64,000 nt of DNA from contig CAYHGP010000001.1 in assembly GCA_964356195.1 (NCBI GenBank), forward strand, positions 43,513 to 107,512. The letters run 5' to 3'. Positions within the stretch are counted from its first letter, which is position 1, and each line of letters begins with the position of its first letter. Positions 43,919-51,440 of the stretch are shown in pieces. The notes beneath the pieces are model-generated. The model was not told where the DNA came from. It saw nothing but the letters and a program-made list of their open reading frames with translations, and ran no database searches. Source of the DNA: an uncultured Candidatus Peribacteria bacterium. GTDB taxonomy: Bacteria; Patescibacteriota; Gracilibacteria; UBA1369; 2-02-FULL-48-14. Both the position numbers and the translations under genes were made by a program.

Positions 43919-46338
43919 AATTTCCCGCGAATTCTACCACCAAATTGTTCTAAGGCAAAGAAGGTCTGCTCCTGAACAGTTTGGAGTTCCTTGTCCGTGA
44001 GGGTACGGTCGTCGCGGCGAATCTCGATAGAAAAGGACAAGGACTTCTGACCCTCGGGAATTCCCTTTCCTTCGTAGATGTCGAAAAGAGTCACCTTTTG
44101 GTGAAGGTCTGCGTGCGCGGTTTTGAGGATGCAGTTTTCAAGGTCGCCCACAGTGGTTTTTTTATCGACGAGAATGGAGACGTCAAAACCCATGGAAGGA
44201 AATTTGGGAAGGGAGCGGAAACGTAGTGTTTGTCGTCCCGCTTTCATGAGTTCGCTGAAACTCAATTCAAAGAACGCAGTATTGAGGGGAATGTCGAAGG
44301 CTTTCAAAACGGCCGGGTGGACACTGAAAATTTGTCCAATCGCCTTGCCACGGAAAATAATATCCATGCATTTTTTTGGGTGGGCGTAAGGCGCCGGTTT
44401 CTCGCTGGGCTTGAGTTGGTAGCTGTTGAGATTGAATTGTTGCAAGAAAGATTCCAGAGCTCCTTTGACGACGTAGAAAGCCTCTCCTTCCGCGGTGGCT
44501 GCGGCGGCGAGTCGTTTTTCTTCGAGCGGCATATAGGCGTCTGAGTCTTTGTAAGTTCTTCCCAGCTCAAAAATTTTCATCGTCGGGAAATTGCGGTAGT
44601 TTAGTGCCACCGTGTTTAGCAAGTTCGGCACCAGGCTCATGCGCATATGGGTTTGGTCTTCAGAAAGGTAATTGAGAATTTTTAAATGGCCTTCTTCAGT
44701 CATCCCGCAACGTTCAAAGCGGTCTTTGCTGTAGAACGAATAGTTAATTACTTCGATGAAAGCTAGCCCGAGGGCGAAGGCGGAGCGGGTGAGGTGCTTC
44801 AAAAACCGCTCTTCATTTTCGAGGGGCAACTGCATGGGAAGGTGCGGTCGAATGGCCGGAATTTTGTCGTAACCGTAGATGCGGGCCACTTCTTCCACAA
44901 TGTCTTCTTCAATGGAAACGTCACGCGTGGCCCGGTGGGAAGGCACAGTGATTTTGAGATTTTTCCCGTTCGCGGTGACGCCGAATTCGAGAGACTTTAG
45001 AATGCGAGTGATTTCTTTGGTCGGGATTTGTACGCCGATTTTGCTACAAATACTTTCCGGACTTGCGGTGAGTGTGAGTGTTTTTGGTTTCCATGTTCCC
45101 GCGGTGGTAATGGGGCTCACCATTTTTGCGCCGGGACATAGCTGCTCAATCAAATGAATGGCTCGCTTCAATGCAATTTCCGTGAGCGTGGGGTCCAGGC
45201 TTTTTTCGAAACGCTGGGAAGCATCGGTGCGAAGACCATGACGAAGCGTGCTTTTGCGCACGATCACTGGGTCAAAGTTTGCCGCTTCCAAAATAATTTC
45301 CGTCGTTTGTTCGCTGATTCCCGACTTGAGCCCGCCTTTAATTCCGGCGAGACCCATGGGCTCATCATGCTTGTTGCAAACGAGCGGATCTTCCTCGGTT
45401 AGTTTTTGTTCGCTTTCGTCCAGTGTTACGAGTTTTTCACCTTTTCGGGCGAGTCGTACAATGAAACCGTCGTCACCCACAACCGCGCGATCATAAGCGT
45501 GCATGGGCTGGCCGAGTTCGAGCATCACGTAGTTGGTGATGTCCACAATGTTGTTGTGCGGATTCATCCCCGCGGCTTGTAGGCGAGACTTGAGCCACTG
45601 GGGGGATTCCTCAATTTTAATGCCGGTCATGATGCAGGCTGAAAACAGAGGACACAACTTTGCGTCTTTAATCGTGATGTTTAGTTTTTCTTTGCCCTTC
45701 ACGGGTGCAATTTTGAGGAGTGCATCGAGTTTTTTCAAAGGCTTCTCAAAAATGGCCGCCACTTCCCGCGCAATTCCATAGTGTCCCCAAAGGTCTGGAC
45801 GGTGAGTGAGTGACTTGTTGTCAATTTCGAGGACGATGTCGTCTTTGTTCAGGGCTTCTGCCAGCGGTGTGCCTGCTTTTACCTTCAAAGTAGTGAGGTC
45901 GTGGATGCGAACTTCTTTAGCGTCCGAAGTGTTGTCCGGAGCCAGCCCAATTTCTTCGCCCGCACAAATCATTCCGTAGCTGTTTTCCCCCCGAATTTTA
46001 GTTTCGGAAAGTTCCACAAGTTCTCCTTCTCCATGCCAGCGCACTCGAGATCCCGGTAGAGCCACGGCTACGAGCATCCCTTCGCACAAATTTTGTCCTC
46101 CGCAAACGACTTGTACTTTTTTGTCCCCGATGTCTACTTGAGTGAGGTTCAGGCGGTCTGCGCCGGGGTGTTTTGAAACAGAAAGAATTTTTCCCACCAC
46201 CATTTTTTCGTACGAGGCCGCTTCGTCTATCACGCCTTCCACTTCCGCGGTGTGACTGGTGATGCGCATCCCCAAAGCTTTGCCATCCAGAGCAGGCAGT
46301 TCTACGAAATCCCGAAGCCAGTTGAGAGAAATTTTCAT
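43915..46338 (-). CDS. pheT: Phenylalanine--tRNA ligase beta subunit
   Basis: 807 aa. MKISLNWLRDFV N-terminus, tRNA-binding domain, B3/4 and B5 regions. It follows pheS. Confidence 0.93.
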   Translation of the reverse strand: MKISLNWLRDFVELPALDGKALGMRITSHTAEVEGVIDEAASYEKMVVGKILSVSKHPGADRLNLTQVDIGDKKVQVVCGGQNLCEGMLVAVALPGSRVRWHGEGELVELSETKIRGENSYGMICAGEEIGLAPDNTSDAKEVRIHDLTTLKVKAGTPLAEALNKDDIVLEIDNKSLTHRPDLWGHYGIAREVAAIFEKPLKKLDALLKIAPVKGKEKLNITIKDAKLCPLFSACIMTGIKIEESPQWLKSRLQAAGMNPHNNIVDITNYVMLELGQPMHAYDRAVVGDDGFIVRLARKGEKLVTLDESEQKLTEEDPLVCNKHDEPMGLAGIKGGLKSGISEQTTEIILEAANFDPVIVRKSTLRHGLRTDASQRFEKSLDPTLTEIALKRAIHLIEQLCPGAKMVSPITTAGTWKPKTLTLTASPESICSKIGVQIPTKEITRILKSLEFGVTANGKNLKITVPSHRATRDVSIEEDIVEEVARIYGYDKIPAIRPHLPMQLPLENEERFLKHLTRSAFALGLAFIEVINYSFYSKDRFERCGMTEEGHLKILNYLSEDQTHMRMSLVPNLLNTVALNYRNFPTMKIFELGRTYKDSDAYMPLEEKRLAAAATAEGEAFYVVKGALESFLQQFNLNSYQLKPSEKPAPYAHPKKCMDIIFRGKAIGQIFSVHPAVLKAFDIPLNTAFFELSFSELMKAGRQTLRFRSLPKFPSMGFDVSILVDKKTTVGDLENCILKTAHADLHQKVTLFDIYEGKGIPEGQKSLSFSIEIRRDDRTLTDKELQTVQEQTFFALEQFGGRIRGKL

Positions 46339-46631
46339 GATTTTTTAGTGGCTTTGCCCCCTCCGGGGACTTTGCCGTACAAAATAATAAGAGTGAGAAT
46401 GATGATGTTGCCGAGTCCGAAGAACCCGAAGAGGATGCTGCTGTAGAGGTCTGCTTCAATCAAGGAATAAGCCAAAAAACAGCCGTCACCGAGAAACCAC
46501 AAAATCCACATGGTCATACTTACGTCCCCTGCTTTTTTTGTGCGCAGCATCTTCACAATTTGTGGAATGTACGCGGTGATGAGCAGCGTGTTTCCTACGA
46601 TCCCGAGGATGGGGAGCAGTGCTTCTTTCAT
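46335..46631 (-). CDS. SemiSWEET / PQ-loop three-helix membrane transporter
   Basis: 98 aa with three hydrophobic helices. PQ motif in helix 1 (AYIPQIVKMLRTKKAGDVS). Confidence 0.7.
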   Translation of the reverse strand: MKEALLPILGIVGNTLLITAYIPQIVKMLRTKKAGDVSMTMWILWFLGDGCFLAYSLIEADLYSSILFGFFGLGNIIILTLIILYGKVPGGGKATKKS

Positions 46632-47671
46632 TAGAACTGGGTGTTAAAACGGAGGTCTCCACTTTGAAGGTGGCGAATGTCGTCGATTCCGTAGCGCATC
46701 ATAACGAGGCGAGTGAGACCGAAGCCAAAGGCCCAACCTTGGTATTTTTTAGGATCAATGCCGCCGGCTTTCAAAACATTGGGATGCGTCATTCCGGCGC
46801 CCATGAATTCAATCCAACCGGTGTGTTTGCAAACACGGCAGCCTTTTTCATCACAAAAAACGCAGGACATATCGAGTTCAATACCGGGTTCCACAAAAGG
46901 AAAATAACCGGGACGGAAACGGACGCGCATGGTTTTTTTGAAGAGGCGCGTTAAGAAATCTTGCATCACGGCTTTAAGGTGCGCAATCGAAATATCGGTA
47001 TCAATGAGCAGGCCTTCCACTTGGTCAAAAGTGTGTTCGTGGGAAGCATCGGTGGCTTCGTTTCGGAATACGCGGCCCGGAACAATAATGCGAAGAGGGG
47101 CTCCATATTTTCTCATTGCTCGAATTTGATTCGGTGACGTTTGCGTGCGCAAAACGAGGCGTCCTTCCTCGGGGTCCGAGGCTTTGTTAATAAAGAAAGT
47201 GTCCTGCATATCGCGCGCGGGGTGATGCGCGGGAATGTTTAATCCCTCGAAGTTATAGAATTCACTTTCGATTTCCGGACCGTCCACCACCGTGAATCCC
47301 ATTTGCTGAAAAATCCGTTCCACTTCTTCTTGGGTTTGCGCGACTGGGTGAATGTGGCCCATGGGGAAGGAAGCGCCCGGGGCCGTGAGGTCGATCCATT
47401 CGTGTTCGAGGGCCTTGTTCACTTCTTCGCGTTCGAGGATGCGGCGACGATCAATGATTTCCACTTGAACGATGACTTTGACTTGAGTGATTTCGCTGCC
47501 CACCGTTTTCTTCTCTTCCAGGCTTAGGTCTTTTACGGTTTTCAAAAGCTCGGTAATGGCCCCTTCTTTCCCCAAGTATTTTCGCTCCACATCCTTGAGG
47601 GCTTCAACAGACTTTGCGGTTTTCACATCGGCCTCCGCTTCGCTCAGGATTGTTTGAAGATTTTTCTGCAT
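46631..47671 (-). CDS. pheS: Phenylalanine--tRNA ligase alpha subunit
   Basis: HPARDMQDTFF, FRPGYFPFVEPG, GAGMTHPNVL, GWAFGFGLTRLVM. Confidence 0.94.
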   Translation of the reverse strand: MQKNLQTILSEAEADVKTAKSVEALKDVERKYLGKEGAITELLKTVKDLSLEEKKTVGSEITQVKVIVQVEIIDRRRILEREEVNKALEHEWIDLTAPGASFPMGHIHPVAQTQEEVERIFQQMGFTVVDGPEIESEFYNFEGLNIPAHHPARDMQDTFFINKASDPEEGRLVLRTQTSPNQIRAMRKYGAPLRIIVPGRVFRNEATDASHEHTFDQVEGLLIDTDISIAHLKAVMQDFLTRLFKKTMRVRFRPGYFPFVEPGIELDMSCVFCDEKGCRVCKHTGWIEFMGAGMTHPNVLKAGGIDPKKYQGWAFGFGLTRLVMMRYGIDDIRHLQSGDLRFNTQF

Positions 47672-47741
47672 GCGTGGATTCTATCAGGCAAGTTCGTTCG
47701 TGACTAGATCAAGAAACCGGAGGCTTATTGTCGCAAGCCTC

Positions 47742-47921
47742 TTATTCCGTGGAGCCGTTTGGAGGCGTGCCCACGTTCTCGAACTGATCTATGATGCCGT
47801 TTTCGTTGCCATCCCCGGGAATAGGGTCTTCAACAGGATCCGTTTCTAAGGTGTCTTCAATAGATCCGCACCCTGCGCCGAGTAAACTCAAGAAAGTGAA
47901 AAGGAGGAAGAGGTTTTTCAT
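47742..47921 (-). CDS. Small acidic lipoprotein (59 aa, below the ORF-track cutoff)
   Basis: Hand translation: MKNLFLLFTFLSLLGAGCGSIEDTLETDPVEDPIPGDGNENGIIDQFENVGTPPNGSTE, then TAA. Signal peptide plus a Cys lipobox. Confidence 0.5.
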   Translation of the reverse strand: MKNLFLLFTFLSLLGAGCGSIEDTLETDPVEDPIPGDGNENGIIDQFENVGTPPNGSTE

Positions 47922-47965
47922 AGGATTTTATTGTAGCAGGAATGATTGCACTAAAACAGTGGGGA

Positions 47966-48400
47966 TCAATAGTCTTTCAGAAGCTTGATGTTCCCGAAAG
48001 ATTTGGCCTTATTGTAGTAGTTTACGTCTGCGGTCAGGAAGAGAGCGTGATTTTGGAGCGCGAGAGCATGGTAAGAGGCGTCATAAAAAGAAACACCAGG
48101 GCATTTTTTCATTATTCTAAAGGCCAAACTGCTTATTTCCAGATTTAGAAAAATCTGGGTGAACTGAAAGAGCTTAAAGTAAGAATATTTTTGTACCGCT
48201 TCGTTCTCTGAAAATTTTCTTCCCAGGTAGTTGTTGAGTTCCCACTCTAAAAGGCCGGAGCTCACAATTTGGATTCTTTCGTCGGTAAAATCTTCCTGCA
48301 TTTTTTCGATTTGTTCACGATCTTCCTCCTCTCTGACGCACCATTTAATCATCACATTGGAGTCCGGAAAAATAAGTCGGCTAGTATTTTCGGTCCGCAT
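47966..48400 (-). CDS. vapC: PIN-domain toxin (VapC-like)
   Basis: Acidic PIN residues in FPDSNV, FYDASYHALA and LTAD. It overlaps the upstream antitoxin gene by 20 nt. Confidence 0.75.
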   Translation of the reverse strand: MRTENTSRLIFPDSNVMIKWCVREEEDREQIEKMQEDFTDERIQIVSSGLLEWELNNYLGRKFSENEAVQKYSYFKLFQFTQIFLNLEISSLAFRIMKKCPGVSFYDASYHALALQNHALFLTADVNYYNKAKSFGNIKLLKDY

Positions 48401-48629
48401 GAAGTGTTTTTAAAATTTCTTTAGTCGTATGTATATGTCTCTCTTTTTTTATGGATAAGTTCATCAACTCTAAGGCCTTTCTTCTGCCCCAGCGACGAAA
48501 CTTTTCCTCAATTGCTTCATTTACAAAGTTGCTCCTATTTCCAGAGGGGATCAGCTCCTCGAGTTTCTCGAGATGTTCAATATCAATCATGAGGTTGATA
48601 CGTTTTCTCGAAGGAGTGGCTGTATTCAT
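48381..48629 (-). CDS. vapB: Ribbon-helix-helix (CopG-like) antitoxin
   Basis: RINLMIDIEHLEKLEELIPSGNRSNFVNEAIEEKF follows the RHH pattern. Immediately upstream of the PIN gene. Confidence 0.7.
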   Translation of the reverse strand: MNTATPSRKRINLMIDIEHLEKLEELIPSGNRSNFVNEAIEEKFRRWGRRKALELMNLSIKKERHIHTTKEILKTLHADRKY

Positions 48630-48736
48630 AAAAAATGAGTAAATCTATTACACACTGATTATACACAACTTCGGGAATGCTCGTCAAACAAAAAGCCCCA
48701 TCTTGCGACAGGGCTTTTAAAAAGTTCAGAAGAGGA

Positions 48737-49012
48737 CTAACGAACAGCGTCCTTGAGAGACTTTCCAGCTTTGAAAGCAGGGAGAGTCATCGCAGGGATT
48801 TTGATCTTTTGTGCTGGGTTGCGAGGGTTTACACCCATGCGAGAAGCACGTTTTGAAACGCGGAAAGTTCCGAAACCGGTGAGGGTTACAGAGTTTCCCT
48901 TGGAAAGGCTCTTTGTTACTGCGCTAAGAACAGCTTCGAGAGCCTCGGTAGCTGCCTTTTTTGTGATGCCTGCACTTTGTGCGGCAATGTTGATAAGATC
49001 ACCTTTTGTCAT
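48737..49012 (-). CDS. hup: Nucleoid-associated DNA-binding protein HU
   Basis: MTKGDLI...GFGTFRVSKRASRMGVNPRNPAQKIKIPAMTLPAFKAGKSLKDAV is a canonical HU/IHF fold sequence. Confidence 0.93.
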   Translation of the reverse strand: MTKGDLINIAAQSAGITKKAATEALEAVLSAVTKSLSKGNSVTLTGFGTFRVSKRASRMGVNPRNPAQKIKIPAMTLPAFKAGKSLKDAVR

Positions 49013-49161
49013 GGCGATGGCGTTATGGATAAATCGGGACTATTATATGCGGAAGTGGCTCTATGACAAGAAAAAAAGCTCGCACGAAGATGGAAAAGCA
49101 CTTGCCAGCACGCGCTAAATATTTGACAAGTACACCCCATGGTCCCTATTTTAGTCCCACT

Positions 49162-51393
49162 ATGGCCGCCAAAAATCTTGTTATTGTAGAGTCTCCGGGA
49201 AAAATCAAAACGATCTCCAAGTATTTGGGGGGCGATTATGTCGTAATGGCTTCTATGGGCCACGTGCGGGATTTGCCGAAGAGTAAAATGGGAATCGACA
49301 CCAAGCACAATTTTGAACCGCAGTACCTCATCCCCAAAGAGAAGGCGAAAGTCATTGCCGGGCTCAAAGCGAAGATCAAGAAAGATACCGTCGTCTATAT
49401 TGCTACCGATGAAGATCGCGAAGGGGAAGCTATTGGATGGCATTTGGTGGAAGCCTTGAATTTGCAAAATCAAAAAGGTTTGAAGCGAATTGTGTTTCAT
49501 GAAATTACGAAACCTGCCATTGAGTCCGCCTTGGCACATCCGCGTGATATCGATAAACATTTGGTGGATGCGCAGCAAGCACGACGTATTTTGGATCGTT
49601 TAGTGGGTTATGAGCTTTCGCCTCTTTTGTGGAAGAAAATTAAATACGGACTTTCTGCCGGACGCGTGCAGAGTGTGGCCGTGCGACTCGTTGTTGATCG
49701 TGAACGTGAAATTCAGGCGTTTAAACCGGAAGAGTACTGGAGCATTACCGCACAGATGACTCCTGAGAAAGGCAAAGAAGTCTTTGAGGCGAAATTGCAA
49801 AAATTCAAAGGTGAGAATTTTAAAATTGTGAATCAAGAGGGAAGTGACATGGCTATGAAAGCGCTGGAAGGAGCCACTTATACGGTGACTTCTGTTGAGA
49901 AAAAAGAGGCTCGTCGAAACCCGGCGGCGCCATTCACCACTTCGACTTTGCAACAAGAGGCCGCGCGCAAACTTGGATTTTCCGTGAAGAAAACCATGAT
50001 GGTGGCTCAGCATCTTTACGAGGGTGTGGAGCTCGACACCGGGCATGAAGGTCTCATCACTTATATGCGTACCGATTCCGTGACCCTTTCCGAAACTGCT
50101 CTAAAGCAAGCGCAGGAAGTGATAATGAAACTTTTTGGAAAAGAATTTGGACTGAATGAACCGCGTGTCTTCAAAGGAAAGAAGGGTGCGCAAGAAGCGC
50201 ATGAGGCCGTTCGTCCTTCGGACCTCTCTCGTGAGCCGGAAAAAATTGCGAAGTATCTTGAAAAAGATGAACTCAAACTCTACGAACTCATTTGGAAACG
50301 AACCTTGGCCTGCCAAATGGCGCCCGCTATTTTGGACCAAGTGGGCGTGGATATTGAAGCGAAAGGCTATGGTTTCCGTGCCACGGGGCAAACCATCCGT
50401 TTTGCCGGATTCATGCAAGTGTATAGGGAAGGGAAAGATGAAATGGAAGAAGATGATGATGGAGAAAACATTCTCCCCGTGCTCACCGAAGGCGAAAAAC
50501 CTCAGCTCAAGGAATTACTCCCCGAACAGCATTTTACGAAACCACCGGCTCGTTATACGGAAGCCAGTTTGGTAAAAAAACTCGAATCGGAAGGTATTGG
50601 GCGTCCCTCCACTTACGCGCCCACCATCTCCACCATTTTGACCCGCGGTTATATTGAAAAAGATGCGAAGCAACTTGTGCCCACGGAAATTGGAACGGTG
50701 GTGAATGACTTTTTGGTTGAACATTTCCCTCAAGTTTTGGATTATCAGTTCACCGTCCACATGGAAGAAATGCTCGATGGAGTGGAAGAAGGGGAGGAAA
50801 CGTGGCAGCAAGAAATCCGCGATTTCTATGAGCCCTTTCATAAATTGGTGGAGGAGAAAAGTGAGAACATCAAAAAAGAAGATATCGTAATCGGAACGAC
50901 CGATGAAATTTGTGATTTGTGCGGAAGTCCCATGATGGTGAAACTCGGACGTTATGGAAAGTTTCTTTCCTGTACGAATTTCCCAACGTGTAAAAACGCA
51001 AAGCCTCTTGATGAGAAAACAGGAAAAGTGGACGAAGTGAAAGAGAAAGAAACCGAGGAGTTGGAGAAAAAATTTAGCGGCAAAAAATGTCCCAAGTGCG
51101 GCAAAGCCATGGAAGTGAAGACCGGTCGTTTCGGTCAATACTTGGCGTGTACCGATTATCCTAAGTGTAAATCTACGGAAACTATTTTAAAGGTCATTGG
51201 GGTGAAATGTCCGGAGTGCAAAAAAGGTGAGCTTGTGGAACGTCACACTAAAAAAGGAGGCAAGGCGTTTTATGGATGTAATCAGTATCCTAAGTGCAAG
51301 TTTGCTGTGTGGGAAAAGCCTACGTCGAGTGAACACGCGGAAGAGCTTCATGAGAAACAAGTAGAAAAGAAAGAAAAAAAGGAAAAAGAGTAG
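49162..51393 (+). CDS. topA: DNA topoisomerase I
   Basis: TOPRIM start LVIVESPGKIKTI; active-site region ITYMRTDS; three C-terminal C4 zinc ribbons (CDLCGS...CTNFPTC, CPKCGK...CTDYPKC, CPECKK...CNQYPKC). ATG at 49162 is preferred over 49063. Confidence 0.93.
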   Translation: MAAKNLVIVESPGKIKTISKYLGGDYVVMASMGHVRDLPKSKMGIDTKHNFEPQYLIPKEKAKVIAGLKAKIKKDTVVYIATDEDREGEAIGWHLVEALNLQNQKGLKRIVFHEITKPAIESALAHPRDIDKHLVDAQQARRILDRLVGYELSPLLWKKIKYGLSAGRVQSVAVRLVVDREREIQAFKPEEYWSITAQMTPEKGKEVFEAKLQKFKGENFKIVNQEGSDMAMKALEGATYTVTSVEKKEARRNPAAPFTTSTLQQEAARKLGFSVKKTMMVAQHLYEGVELDTGHEGLITYMRTDSVTLSETALKQAQEVIMKLFGKEFGLNEPRVFKGKKGAQEAHEAVRPSDLSREPEKIAKYLEKDELKLYELIWKRTLACQMAPAILDQVGVDIEAKGYGFRATGQTIRFAGFMQVYREGKDEMEEDDDGENILPVLTEGEKPQLKELLPEQHFTKPPARYTEASLVKKLESEGIGRPSTYAPTISTILTRGYIEKDAKQLVPTEIGTVVNDFLVEHFPQVLDYQFTVHMEEMLDGVEEGEETWQQEIRDFYEPFHKLVEEKSENIKKEDIVIGTTDEICDLCGSPMMVKLGRYGKFLSCTNFPTCKNAKPLDEKTGKVDEVKEKETEELEKKFSGKKCPKCGKAMEVKTGRFGQYLACTDYPKCKSTETILKVIGVKCPECKKGELVERHTKKGGKAFYGCNQYPKCKFAVWEKPTSSEHAEELHEKQVEKKEKKEKE

Positions 51394-51440
51394 AAAGCAC
51401 GCGGCGCTTTTGCTAAACTGGTGGCACTTCACCCACGTCC

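Noticed and set aside
47672-47965. T-box riboswitch or a pheM-like Phe-rich leader peptide upstream of pheS.
   Set aside because: Only 70 nt separate pheS from the upstream small ORF, which is too short for a T-box. The Phe residues of that ORF sit in a signal peptide followed by a lipobox Cys. No terminator/antiterminator pair is evident.
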